Assembly: GCA_963729625.1 (NCBI GenBank)
Contig: CAVSOU010000008.1
Span: forward strand, 576,001 to 640,000
DNA: 64,000 nt
Source of the DNA: an uncultured bacterium
Lineage (GTDB): Bacteria > Chloroflexota > UBA5177 > JANWHV01
Direction of reading: 5' to 3'
In this document: piece after piece, positions 49,598-59,948 of the stretch
Layout of the letters: every line of letters begins with the position of its first letter
Position numbering within the stretch: the stretch's first letter is position 1
The notes under the pieces: model-generated
What the model saw: only the letters and a program-made list of their open reading frames with translations
Databases searched by the model: none
What the model was told of the DNA's origin: nothing
Program-made: the position numbers and the translations under genes

Positions 49598-52519
49598 ATG
49601 TCTGCGGAAGGCCTCTCGATGAGCGATCTGCGTTATGATGTGTTCCTGTCCTACAACAGCAAGGACCGCCCCGCCGTGGCGGCCATCGCTCACGCTCTGC
49701 GGAACGAGGGTCTGGAGCCCTGGCTCGATCAGTGGCGCCTGACTCCCGGCGGCGACTGGCAGGCGGAGCTGGCGGCCGGGATGCGTGCCAGTCGCTCCTG
49801 TGCCGTATTCGTCGGCCCGCACAGCATCGGCGCCTGGTCCGCGATGGAAGTCCGGCTGGCACTCGATCGGGTGGCCAAGGATCCGGTGTTTCGCTGCTTC
49901 CCTGTGCTGCTGCCGGGGGTGCCGGAGCCCTTCGATCCCGACCTGTTGCCGCCCTTCCTCGGCGCCTTCAGCTGGGTCAACTTCTCCGCCGGCGCCGACG
50001 ATCCGGCTGCACTCCAGCACTTACTTGGCGCCATCCGTGGATTGCCCTTCGGCGTGGCCGCTCCGGCGGCAGAAACGTCGCCTGTGTCGCGTGTGGCTCC
50101 GCCTGATGCGCCTCCATCACCGAACGTGCCGGCTGCTGCCTGTGTGCCGTCGGGCCTGCCGCCGGTCGCTCCGACTCCTTCAAATCTGCCCGCGGCGGTC
50201 ACGAGCTTCATCGGTCGCGAGCAGGAGCAGGCTGAGCTGACCGCGCTGCTGGAGGGAGATATCGCGGCGGGCGGCTGCCGCCTGCTGACGCTGGTCGGAC
50301 CCGGAGGATGCGGGAAGACCCGCCTCGCGCTGGCAGTAGCGAAGTCGGTGCAGAGTCGCTTTCCCGACGGCGTGTGGCTGGCCGGTCTGGCGGCGATCGG
50401 CGATCCTGCACTGGTGCCGGCGGAAGTTGCAGGCGTTCTGAGCTTGCGGGAGGAGCAGGGTCGATCGGTACAGGCGATCATAGCCGAGCACGTGAAGTCC
50501 AGGACGCTGCTGCTGGTGCTGGACAACTGCGAGCATGTGATCGAGGCCGGCGCGCGGCTGACGACTGCGCTGTTGGTGGCAGCGCCGCAGCTGCGCATCA
50601 TTGCCACCAGCCGGGAGCCGCTTGGAGTGGCGGGCGAGCAAACATATCGCGTGCCATCGCTGCAAACTCCGGAAGCCATCGCGCCCACCGCGGAGTCGAT
50701 CGGCGGTTATCCGGCGGTACGGCTGTTCGTGGAGCGCGGGCGTGCAGCCAAGCATGATTTCGTCTTGACAGACCAGAATGCTCCTCCTGTGGCGGCGATA
50801 TGCGCCCGACTCGACGGTCTGCCGCTCGCTCTGGAGCTCGCCGCGGCGCGCCTGAGCGCGCTCGCTCCTGAAGCTATCGCCGCGCGCCTGAGCGACCGGT
50901 TCAAGCTACTGACCGGCGGCCCGCGCACGGCGCTTCCGCGCCAGCGGACCCTGCGAGCGGCTCTGGACTGGAGCTACGATCTGCTGTCCGAGCCCGAGCG
51001 CTTGCTGATGCGCAGTCTGAGCGTGTTCGCGGGCGGCTGCACGCTGGAAGCTGCCGAAACGGTCTGTGCCTCCGCCAGCGTGGAGAGTTGGGCGGTGCTG
51101 GACCTGCTGACGGCACTCGTCAACAAGTCGCTGGTGCAGGCAGTCGAGGTCGCGGAAGAAACGCGCTACCGGATGCTGGAGACCGTGCGCCAGTACAGCG
51201 CTGAGCGGCAAGACATGGCTGGCGAGGGACCGTCGCCGCCGAACCGGTTGCTGGCATGGTGCGTGGCGCTGGCGCAACAGGCCGAGCCGGCATTGCGCGG
51301 TCCTGATCAAGCCCATTGGCTAGCCCGCCTGGAGAGCGAGCTCGACAACCTGCGCGCGGCTCTCGGCTGGAGCATGGACGACCCGGAACGGGCACACGAC
51401 GGGCTAGCGCTGGCTGGGCTGCTAAGTGACTTCTGGACAGTGCGCGGGCATTTTTCCGAGGGACGGCGCTGGCTGGAGAAAGGTCTGGCGGCTGTTCCGG
51501 CCTCGAGCGATGTTCGGGCACGCGCCGCCGCCGGCAAGCTTGCTCATAGCATGGGGGACTACGCCGCTGCTCGCGGTCATTATGAGGCAGCGCTGGCAGC
51601 GCAGCGGCAGCGCGGTGACGAGGCAGGCGCCGCGGACACGCTTCGCCAGCTGGGCAACGTGGCGAAGCGGCAGAGCCATTTCGACGATGCCGCGGCATTC
51701 TACCGGCAAAGCCTTGAGATCTGTACGGCACTGGGCGATCGCTGGGGCACGGCCGCGGCCCATAACAGCTTGGGCATGGTTGCAGGCACAAACGGCGATT
51801 TCGCGGAAGCCGCGCGTCAATATGCCGACGCGCTAGAGGTATTCCGCGCCGAGCAAGATCACGGGACCGTGGCGTCGGTGCTCAACAATCTAGGCCTGCT
51901 ATCTCGCGAGCAGGGCGAATTCGAGCGCGCGACGACCCTTCTCACCGAAGCGCTGGGTATCCTGCGCGCGCTGGGCGACAAGCCAGGGACAGCAGCGACG
52001 ATGAACAATCTGGCTCTGGTTGCGTTCGATGAGGGTGACACCGCCAGGGCGCGGGCGATCTACGAGGAGAGTCTGGCGGTCAGCCGGGCGATGGGAAACA
52101 AAGCGATGGTTGCCGCGTCGTGCCAGAATCTCGCCGAAACGCTGCAGGCCAAGGGCGACTACAACGAAGCTCTCCCCTACTTCCTTGAGGCGCTCGCGCT
52201 GCGCGAATCCCTCGGCGACAATCTGGGCCTGGCTGCAGTCCTCGAAGGCGTGGCGAAGGCCCTCGCCGCCGGAGCGCGCCATACTGCCACGGCGACCTTA
52301 CTCGGTGCTGCTTCTTGCTTGCGCCACGAGATGCACGCTCCGCTAGCGTCCTCCCACCGTGCCATGCACGAGCAGCTCATGGCTGAAACGAAGTCGGCGC
52401 TCGGCTCGGAGCGCTTCGATGCAGCCTGGCACGCGGGGCGCGCGATGAGCGCGGTGGAGGCTGCCGCTCACGCCCGCGAGCAGATGGACCTGATGGGGGA
52501 GACCTCGCGCGGCACATGA
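49598..52519 (+). CDS. TIR / STAND ATPase / TPR protein (NLR-like architecture); start 49598 or 49619
   Basis: YDVFLSYNSKD...WSAMEV TIR; GPGGCGKT; LLVLDNCEH; GLPLALELAA; multiple TPRs. Confidence 0.9.
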   Translation: MSAEGLSMSDLRYDVFLSYNSKDRPAVAAIAHALRNEGLEPWLDQWRLTPGGDWQAELAAGMRASRSCAVFVGPHSIGAWSAMEVRLALDRVAKDPVFRCFPVLLPGVPEPFDPDLLPPFLGAFSWVNFSAGADDPAALQHLLGAIRGLPFGVAAPAAETSPVSRVAPPDAPPSPNVPAAACVPSGLPPVAPTPSNLPAAVTSFIGREQEQAELTALLEGDIAAGGCRLLTLVGPGGCGKTRLALAVAKSVQSRFPDGVWLAGLAAIGDPALVPAEVAGVLSLREEQGRSVQAIIAEHVKSRTLLLVLDNCEHVIEAGARLTTALLVAAPQLRIIATSREPLGVAGEQTYRVPSLQTPEAIAPTAESIGGYPAVRLFVERGRAAKHDFVLTDQNAPPVAAICARLDGLPLALELAAARLSALAPEAIAARLSDRFKLLTGGPRTALPRQRTLRAALDWSYDLLSEPERLLMRSLSVFAGGCTLEAAETVCASASVESWAVLDLLTALVNKSLVQAVEVAEETRYRMLETVRQYSAERQDMAGEGPSPPNRLLAWCVALAQQAEPALRGPDQAHWLARLESELDNLRAALGWSMDDPERAHDGLALAGLLSDFWTVRGHFSEGRRWLEKGLAAVPASSDVRARAAAGKLAHSMGDYAAARGHYEAALAAQRQRGDEAGAADTLRQLGNVAKRQSHFDDAAAFYRQSLEICTALGDRWGTAAAHNSLGMVAGTNGDFAEAARQYADALEVFRAEQDHGTVASVLNNLGLLSREQGEFERATTLLTEALGILRALGDKPGTAATMNNLALVAFDEGDTARARAIYEESLAVSRAMGNKAMVAASCQNLAETLQAKGDYNEALPYFLEALALRESLGDNLGLAAVLEGVAKALAAGARHTATATLLGAASCLRHEMHAPLASSHRAMHEQLMAETKSALGSERFDAAWHAGRAMSAVEAAAHAREQMDLMGETSRGT

Positions 52520-52631
52520 CTCGAGACGCGGTGTACGCCCTGCGCCTGGGGGCTCGGCGGCCTCAGGTCGCGCCGGTCAACTCGACGTATGGCGCGCGAC
52601 GTGCATGCCTGGACTCAAGCACGATCATGTC

Positions 52632-55067
52632 TCACGAGGCAGCAGCCAGGCTGAGCAACAGCGAGTCTGCTTCCTGCCGGTCCATGAGCGTTGCCGTGGG
52701 GTCGGCCAGACGGGCAATGGTCACCTCCACCTGTTTTCCGGCGGCGAGCAAGGCAAAACCTTCGGCACGATACGAATGGTGGGCAGGAAGCACGCTGACC
52801 ACCACGCCGCTCAGGGAAGGCAGCACAGCGGGACTGACGCCCATGCCGGCGAACGGAGCGCTCGCGTGCAGCGCGCGGACTGCATCCGCTTGCAGTTGGG
52901 CGGGCGTGGGAGCCTGCCCATAGTGTCGTGCTGCCAGTGTTATCGTGAGCCGCCCGTCGCGCGAGCTGAATGTGCCTGCAGTGGCTGCATTGTGCCACGA
53001 CAACGGCAGGTCGAAATGCACGTGGGGCAGAGATGCCGGCTTGCTCGGGATGTGCATCGCGGCGATGTCGATCTGCTCGCCCACCATGGTAACGAGGCCA
53101 CCCTGCACGCCAGGCAGCAGGCGCGACAAGGTGCCCAGGGTGACCTGGGCACTGGCGCTGGGGATGGCGAAGCCCAGCGCTGTGGTCGTCGGGCAGACGC
53201 TCTGCGGATCGAGCCTCACGGTGTTAATCCCGATAACCCGGCCCTGCGCATCGAGGAGCGGGCCGCCGCTGTTGCCGTGGGTGATCGATGCGTCGTGCTG
53301 GATCCAGCCCGCGCCGCCACACTTGCCAAGATTACGCCCCGTGGCGTCGATGGTGCCGGTCGTGATCGATGGCGGTCCAAGCAAATCGAAGGCATCGCCG
53401 TAACCGATAGCGACCACCTGTTGCAGCGGGTGAAGCTTCGTGGAATCGCCCCAGCGCAATGGCCGCAAGTTCGTCGGCTGGATCAGAACAAGCGCCAGGT
53501 CGTGCACGGTGCCGTCGCCGGCGCCCGTGCTGAGTAAGCCCACCACCTTGTAGTGCGTGTGGCCGTCGGGAAGGTAGACCGTGAGCATGTCCTTGGTGAC
53601 ACCATCGACGACGTGTTTATTCGTGGCGAGGTAGGTACCGGTAGCGTCGGAGCGAATGACGAACGCGCTGCCTTGCTCGGCCAGGCCGCCGGGCAACAGC
53701 TTCACGACGCGGAGCACGCTCGGCTCGACGCACTGGTCCAACGTGTCGATGGTGACGACCGCGCACGTCGACCCCGGTGGGCTGGGTGCGCGGCCAGGGG
53801 TCGGCGTGGCGCCGAGCGGCGGCAGTACAATTGAACCCGTGGGGGACCCCACGATCGCCATGCTCTTACCATAGCCGGCCCCAATCGCCTGAACCTTACC
53901 AAGTCCGGACACACGCTGCGGGGTGGCATGGCTCGTGGTTGTGGTGTCGCCAAGCTGACCATACTGGTTGTCGCCCCAGGCCCAGACCGAGCCGTCCGCA
54001 GTCAGCGCCAGGCTGTAATCCGTGCCGGCCGCGATCGCCTTCACGCTGCTCAGGCCGGCAATCTGCTGCGGGGTGCTCCGCCGGTAGCCGCCGCTATTGG
54101 GCTCGACGCCAAGCTGGCCCGATTGATTATTGCCCCAGGCCCAGACGTGGCCGCTCATCGTGAGCGCGAGTGCGTGGCCCGCGCCGGCTGCGATTGATCT
54201 CGCACCGCTCAGCCCCGGCACGAGCAGGGGCTTGCTCACGCTGCTACCGGTAATATTGGTGTCCTCACCCAGGTCTCCGTATACATTGTCGCCCCAGGCC
54301 CAGACCGAGCCGTCCGTTGCCACGGCCAGACTGAAGCTGTCGCCGGCCGCGATTGCTCGCACCGCGGGAAGCCCGGCTACTTGCCGCGGGCTGCTGCGCC
54401 TGTTGATCGTGGCGTTTGGGACGCCAAGCTCGCCGTATTCGTTGTCGCCCCAGGCCCAGACCGTACCGTCGAGCTTGAGCGCCAGGCCAAAGCCGGTACC
54501 GGCTGCTATGGCCCGGACGCCGTTCAGCCCGGGTATGCGCTGGGGGCTGGTTATCCTGTATGCGGTCGTGGGGTCGACGCCTATCTGGCCATTTTGGTTC
54601 TCCCCCCAGGCCCAAACCAAGCCATCCGCAGTCAGCGCCAGGTTGAACAGGTCGCCGGCGGCGACTGCGCGCACGTTTTTCGGACCGGGCACCTGCTGTG
54701 GAACGCCAAATCCGCTGACATTAGCGCCGAGACCCAGTTGACCATAGCTATTGTTGCCCCAGGTCCACACTGAGCCGTCTGCGGTGAGCGCCAGGCTGTG
54801 ACTGCTGCCGGCAGTGATGGCGCGCACGCCGCTCAGGCCAGGCACATGCCACGGGCTGAGCCGGCTGGTGGTGGTCCCGTCGGCGAGCTCGCCGCTGCCG
54901 TTGTATCCCCACACCCATGCGGTCGCCCCGGGTGCCGCCTGGCCAACGGAGCGCGTGGCCGACGCCTGTGCCGCGCCGGTGAGCGGCGGAGCAGCCGGCG
55001 CCAGCAGGATCAGCGCGCAGAGCGACGCAATACGTGCGAGAAACGCGGGACGACGTGATCTTCGCAT
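52632..55067 (-). CDS. Secreted RCC1-repeat protein fused to a trypsin-like serine protease
   Basis: Signal peptide; ~7 VWAWGxNxxG(Q/E)LG repeats; triad TNKHV / DLAL / GNSGGPL. Confidence 0.9.
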   Translation of the reverse strand: MRRSRRPAFLARIASLCALILLAPAAPPLTGAAQASATRSVGQAAPGATAWVWGYNGSGELADGTTTSRLSPWHVPGLSGVRAITAGSSHSLALTADGSVWTWGNNSYGQLGLGANVSGFGVPQQVPGPKNVRAVAAGDLFNLALTADGLVWAWGENQNGQIGVDPTTAYRITSPQRIPGLNGVRAIAAGTGFGLALKLDGTVWAWGDNEYGELGVPNATINRRSSPRQVAGLPAVRAIAAGDSFSLAVATDGSVWAWGDNVYGDLGEDTNITGSSVSKPLLVPGLSGARSIAAGAGHALALTMSGHVWAWGNNQSGQLGVEPNSGGYRRSTPQQIAGLSSVKAIAAGTDYSLALTADGSVWAWGDNQYGQLGDTTTTSHATPQRVSGLGKVQAIGAGYGKSMAIVGSPTGSIVLPPLGATPTPGRAPSPPGSTCAVVTIDTLDQCVEPSVLRVVKLLPGGLAEQGSAFVIRSDATGTYLATNKHVVDGVTKDMLTVYLPDGHTHYKVVGLLSTGAGDGTVHDLALVLIQPTNLRPLRWGDSTKLHPLQQVVAIGYGDAFDLLGPPSITTGTIDATGRNLGKCGGAGWIQHDASITHGNSGGPLLDAQGRVIGINTVRLDPQSVCPTTTALGFAIPSASAQVTLGTLSRLLPGVQGGLVTMVGEQIDIAAMHIPSKPASLPHVHFDLPLSWHNAATAGTFSSRDGRLTITLAARHYGQAPTPAQLQADAVRALHASAPFAGMGVSPAVLPSLSGVVVSVLPAHHSYRAEGFALLAAGKQVEVTIARLADPTATLMDRQEADSLLLSLAAAS

Positions 55068-55541
55068 GGCAGCACACCTTTCAGCCGGCACGCACTGGTT
55101 GCAGACGACGTTGCCGAGGGTTGCGCGATTTCGATCGCTCGCACGGACGAGGATGCTCGTAGTTCCGCGTATCGCTGTTGAGAAGGTATCGTTCGCAAGA
55201 GTCTCCCCTCATTATGTTTCGCACGTACTTACTTGTAAAGCTGTGCCAGCTGGCCGGGCAGGGTCTGCGCATAACCAAGGAGCCTTCGCTTGAAAGCGGA
55301 TCGCAGGGTGCTCGCCGGATGAATCCGGCTGCGGCGGTTGCCGGTTTGTGGCAATGAGCGCTCAATCCCCATCGCTTTGGCGCATCCACTACAGGCGTAG
55401 GACTTCACTCAGCACGTAAGGCTACTGGATTTCGAAGACGCTCTCTCGACATAACAGGGCCGTTTGCCGCAGCATAGGTGTGCCCAGGACAATACGATCA
55501 CGGACTGGTAGAAAGCGCGACGACTGGAGGCCACGTCTTCA

Positions 55542-56390
55542 ATGGATTTCTCCGATGTGACCGCGTACATCCCGGGCTGGCGAGGATGGCTGCGCAGGCA
55601 TGCCGGCGCGGTGCGAGAACTGCCGGTTGGCGCCCGCCTGTTCCCCGCGCACCCTTTCCTGCGCATCGCTCATCGCGGTGCGGCCGCGCTCGAGCCGGAG
55701 AACAGCCTGCGCGGAATCGAGGCGGCGCTTCGCTACGGAGTGGAGATGGTAGAGGTCGACGTACGGCCCTGCGCCGATGGCACGCTCGTGCTCAGCCACG
55801 ATGACGACCTCCAGCGGATGACCCGACACCGCGGAAGCGTGGGCGCCAGCACGCTCGCAGCATTGAAGACCCTGGATATCGGCAAGGGAGAACGTATACC
55901 GACGCTCGAAGAGGCCCTCGACCTCATGCACGGACGTGTATTGGTCAACCTCGACCTGAAACGGGACAGCGCGGGACCGAGGCTGCTGAGCGCCATTGAT
56001 CGGGCAGGAAGTCGCGAGGAGACGATGCTCTCGGGCGGCGCCAGGCGAGCGTTCGCGGCGTTTCGCGAGCTGGCTCCGTCCATTCACAGCGCCTGCAGCC
56101 TCGACGCAACCTGGTCCGACCTCCCTTGCCGCGTCCTCGGACGCTACACGCCTGCTGGCGCCCGGGGTCAGGCCGGCTGGATCTTGCGTGCCACGCGCGC
56201 GGCGAACGCGGACAGCGCCACGCTCGACTGGCATCTTGCCGCGCCGGCCGTCGTGGATCTCCTGCATCGCGCGGACTTGCCGGTTCTCACGTGGACAGTT
56301 GACGACCTGCCCACGTTGAAGGCGCTACGCCTGGCCGGCGTGGACGGTGTGACGAGCAATCGGCCGGATCTGCTGGCGCAACTCGCATAA
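55542..56390 (+). CDS. Glycerophosphodiester phosphodiesterase family protein
   Basis: IAHRG, PENS, EVDV, HD, WTVDD, GVDGVTSNRP. Confidence 0.92.
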   Translation: MDFSDVTAYIPGWRGWLRRHAGAVRELPVGARLFPAHPFLRIAHRGAAALEPENSLRGIEAALRYGVEMVEVDVRPCADGTLVLSHDDDLQRMTRHRGSVGASTLAALKTLDIGKGERIPTLEEALDLMHGRVLVNLDLKRDSAGPRLLSAIDRAGSREETMLSGGARRAFAAFRELAPSIHSACSLDATWSDLPCRVLGRYTPAGARGQAGWILRATRAANADSATLDWHLAAPAVVDLLHRADLPVLTWTVDDLPTLKALRLAGVDGVTSNRPDLLAQLA

Positions 56391-56529
56391 GGTGCATGTC
56401 CGAAAACCGCTAGCCTGGGTGCGGGATGGGGCCTACACTCATAGTAGTGGCTCCGAGCCAAGCTCGAGGATGTCGAGCTCGTTCGACGGGGTTGCACCCG
56501 GTCCTAGTTCCAGCAAAGGCGGCGAGCGC

Positions 56530-58014
56530 ATGCTCCTAGATTTTGATGCGTGCTACAGGGCGATGTGTAGCCGCGATTCACGCTTCGACGGCCGGTTCTT
56601 CACCGGCGTCACCACGACCGGCATCTACTGCAGGCCGATTTGCCCAGCCCAGACGCCAAAAGCCGCTAACGTGCAGTTCTACATCTGCGCCGCCGCGGCA
56701 GAGGCCGCGGGATTCCGCGCCTGCAGACGGTGCCGCCCGGAGACGAGTCCCGGATCGCCTGACTGGAACGTTCGCGCAGATCTTGTGGCCAGGGCGCTGC
56801 GCTTGATTGCCGGGGGCGTGGCCGACACGGAGGGTGTCGACGGGCTCGCAAAGAGGTTGGCGGTCAGTCCCCGCCATCTCCACCGTGAACTGCTGGCGGA
56901 AGTCGGCGCGGGTCCGCTAGCGCTCGCCAGAACGAGGCGCGCGCAGACCGCGCGCCTGCTCATAGATCAGACCACGCTGCCGCTCACGACGGTGGCGTTC
57001 TCAGCAGGCTTCGACAGCATCCGCCAGTTCAATGACACCATGCGGGCTTCGTTCGGCTGCACGCCGTCGGAGCTGCGCAAGCAGGCACGTCCCGCGCTGG
57101 CGGGCGCAGGTGAGATCGTTCTGCGCTTGCGCTACCGCCCGCCTGTTGGCGCCGAAGCGCTGCTTGCGTTCCTCGGTGCACGAGCGATCCCTGGAGTCGA
57201 GGCGGTAACGGACGGCACATATCGGAGGACACTGATCATGCCGCGCACGCGTGGCGTCGTAACCCTGGAGCCTTTGCCCAAGGCGAATATGGTGGCGCTG
57301 CGGCTCGGCTTCGAGGACCTCACTGAACTGCCGCTGATCGTACAACGAAGCCGGCAGCTATTCGATCTGGACGCCGATCCGGCGGCAATCGGAGATGTGC
57401 TTGGCTCGGATCCAGTGCTCCGGCCCCTGGTCGCCGCGCAGCCGGGGCTACGGGTGCCGGGCACAATGGATGGGTTCGAACTGGCAGTACGCGCCGTTCT
57501 TGGCCAACAGATCTCGGTGCCTGGCGCGCGTACGCTGGCGGCACGACTCACTGTTCGGCTGGGAGAACCGTTACCAGCCCCGGTCGGGGTGCTCACCCAC
57601 TACTTCCCCAGTGCCGCGGCAGTGGCGGACGGCGATCTCCTGGGACTCGGTCTCACTGAAGCCCGTATCGCCAGCCTGCGCGCGCTTGGTCGCGCCGTCG
57701 CCATGGGCGAGATCGTGCTCGATCACGGCGCCGATCGCACGCAGACAATTGGACGGCTGATGGCACTGCCCGGGGTCGGGCCGTGGACCGCATCCTACAT
57801 CGCGCTGCGCGCCCTCGGCGACCCCGACGCGTTTCCTGCCACCGACCTGGGCCTGCGCCATGCGGTGGAGCGGCTGGGGAGACCCACCGATCCCAGGAGC
57901 ATGGCTGGCATAGCCGAAGCATGGCGCCCGTGGCGAGGCTATGCGGCGCTCCATCTGTGGAGCAGCCTCACGAGCTCTCGTATTGAAACACCAGACAGAC
58001 AGAGGGACAAATGA
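56530..58014 (+). CDS. alkA: Ada-AlkA fusion (Ada Zn sensor, AraC HTH, 3-methyladenine glycosylase II)
   Basis: GIYCRPICP, FRACRRCRP, LGQQIS, LPGVGPWTA, WRPWRGYA. Confidence 0.93.
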   Translation: MLLDFDACYRAMCSRDSRFDGRFFTGVTTTGIYCRPICPAQTPKAANVQFYICAAAAEAAGFRACRRCRPETSPGSPDWNVRADLVARALRLIAGGVADTEGVDGLAKRLAVSPRHLHRELLAEVGAGPLALARTRRAQTARLLIDQTTLPLTTVAFSAGFDSIRQFNDTMRASFGCTPSELRKQARPALAGAGEIVLRLRYRPPVGAEALLAFLGARAIPGVEAVTDGTYRRTLIMPRTRGVVTLEPLPKANMVALRLGFEDLTELPLIVQRSRQLFDLDADPAAIGDVLGSDPVLRPLVAAQPGLRVPGTMDGFELAVRAVLGQQISVPGARTLAARLTVRLGEPLPAPVGVLTHYFPSAAAVADGDLLGLGLTEARIASLRALGRAVAMGEIVLDHGADRTQTIGRLMALPGVGPWTASYIALRALGDPDAFPATDLGLRHAVERLGRPTDPRSMAGIAEAWRPWRGYAALHLWSSLTSSRIETPDRQRDK

Positions 58015-58523
58015 CGATGAACAGACTCTATAGTGCCACACTCTCGACACCCGTTGGACCGTTCATGATGCTTGCCGGCGACGACGGCGTGTACGCCGCG
58101 GGCTTCACCGATAGCGCTGCGGAGCTACTCCCCCTGATCGGCAACGGGCACTTGGCAGGTGACATTCCTGCCTTGCATGACCTGAGCGAGCACTCGCGCG
58201 CGGTGAAGGCATACTTGGACGGCGATCTCGGCGCCATCGATGCGATCCCCGTCGTACAACACGGCTCGCCCTACCTGTTAGCGGCCTGGAGCACGCTCCG
58301 GACGATTCCAGCCGGCTCCGCGATCACCTACCGCGCGCTGGCCGCCCGCCTGGGCAACGCCGCGGCACCCCGCGCCGCCGGGTCCGCCTGCGGGCGAAAC
58401 GCAGTCGCGCTGATCGTGCCCTGCCACCGCGTCGTCCGCTCGAACGGCGGTCTCGGCGGCTTCGCCTGGGGCTTGCCACGGAAGCGCTGGCTGCTCGACC
58501 ATGAAAAGAGAACCTCGAGCTAG
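58011..58523 (+). CDS. ogt: Methylated-DNA--protein-cysteine methyltransferase
   Basis: VPCHRV active site; ATGA-coupled to alkA. Confidence 0.94.
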   Translation: MTMNRLYSATLSTPVGPFMMLAGDDGVYAAGFTDSAAELLPLIGNGHLAGDIPALHDLSEHSRAVKAYLDGDLGAIDAIPVVQHGSPYLLAAWSTLRTIPAGSAITYRALAARLGNAAAPRAAGSACGRNAVALIVPCHRVVRSNGGLGGFAWGLPRKRWLLDHEKRTSS

Positions 58524-58679
58524 CACATCCTCCTTGAACCGTGCGCGCTCAGCGGATACGCTGGCCAATGGTGCTCGCCCCGGTTGCCTTCTGACCGGGC
58601 GGTTCCGGGCTCGTGCAGTGTGTCCACGGCACGGATCGCGTGCCGTCGAGGCTTCTCGGTAGTGTGACCCAGGTGCGAC

Positions 58680-59948
58680 GTGGACATGCACGCTCTCGGG
58701 GTCGGATCCGACGAACTCAGGCTTGACGAGGATCTGCCATCACGGCGGCAGGTACTGCTGGCTGCCTATTGGTTCTCGTTGAGCTTTCAGGGTGGAGCGC
58801 TGCTCGGGCTTGCCGTTCCGCAGCAGCTCACCGATCTCAGCACGGCGGCACAGGCCACGACACTGCTGGCGCTACTGGGCGGGGCGGCAGGCCTGGTGAT
58901 CATGGTTGTACAGCCGATAGCCGGCGCCCTGAGCGATCTGTCGTCGAGCACGTGGGGCAGGCGACGTCCCTTTGTGATCGGGGGCGCCCTGATCGACGTG
59001 GTCGGGCTCCTTGCCATGGCCCAGGCGGCGAACCTGCCGGCACTCTTCATCGGTTTTATGCTGGCGGGCTTCGGCGCTGCGGTGAGCGGTGCGGCCTATC
59101 AAGCGTACATTCCCGATCACGTGCCGCCACGGCAATATGGAGAAGCCTCGGGTTATCTGGGCGCCATGAGCATGCTTGGTACGATTACCAGCTTTGGCTT
59201 TGCCGCCATCATTATCACGCCGCAGCACGAAGCCGGCTTCTACGTGCTCAATGCGACGCTGATTGCTGCGGGAGCCTCGCTCACCGCGTGGCGATTGCCC
59301 GACCCGTTGCCCAGTACGAGCGCGAGGCCGGTCGTGCATAACTGGCGCGCGCTGTGGTTGGAGCCGTGGCGCAACCCCGACTTCTCGTGGGTGTTTGCTA
59401 CGCGCACGATGATGATGATCGCGCTCTACACCCTCTTTACGTTCGTCGCGTTCTACGTGCGGGACGTCGTGCACGTGACAGCATTCGTGGAGGGTGCGGC
59501 GATTCTCGCGGGCGTGGCCACCGTGGCAGCCCTGTTCAGCGGCATCGTGACGGGCATCCTGTCCGATCGCATCGGCCGGCGTGTTTTGGTAAGCATTGCC
59601 AGTGTCTTGATGTCCAGCGCTCTATGCGGTCTCGCGTTCCTGCACGATCTCAACATGGTGCTGGCGTTGGGTGTCGTCTTTGGCTTTGCGCTCGGTACGT
59701 ACATGGCGGTGGACTGGGCCCTGGCAGTCGACGTATTGCCACACGAGGGGTTCGCGGCAAAAGACCTCGGCCTGTGGGGACTCTCGACCAATCTGCCGCA
59801 GACCGTGGCGCCGTTTCTCGGTGGCGCCGTCTTGCTGGCCTTCTCGCCCCTTGGAAAAGCGGGCAGCTACGGCATTTTGTTCCTCGGCGCTTCCGTGTGC
59901 GCGGCGGCGAGCGGTGTCTTTGTCTGGCAGGTCCGCGGTGTCCGCTAG
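58680..59948 (+). CDS. MFS transporter
   Basis: GALSD...WGRRRPF, GILSDRIGRR; about 12 TM. Confidence 0.9.
   Translation: MDMHALGVGSDELRLDEDLPSRRQVLLAAYWFSLSFQGGALLGLAVPQQLTDLSTAAQATTLLALLGGAAGLVIMVVQPIAGALSDLSSSTWGRRRPFVIGGALIDVVGLLAMAQAANLPALFIGFMLAGFGAAVSGAAYQAYIPDHVPPRQYGEASGYLGAMSMLGTITSFGFAAIIITPQHEAGFYVLNATLIAAGASLTAWRLPDPLPSTSARPVVHNWRALWLEPWRNPDFSWVFATRTMMMIALYTLFTFVAFYVRDVVHVTAFVEGAAILAGVATVAALFSGIVTGILSDRIGRRVLVSIASVLMSSALCGLAFLHDLNMVLALGVVFGFALGTYMAVDWALAVDVLPHEGFAAKDLGLWGLSTNLPQTVAPFLGGAVLLAFSPLGKAGSYGILFLGASVCAAASGVFVWQVRGVR

Noticed and set aside
55314-55329. GCCGGATGAATCCGGC REP-like hairpin
   Set aside because: Only one copy seen in the window, not enough to call a repeat family.
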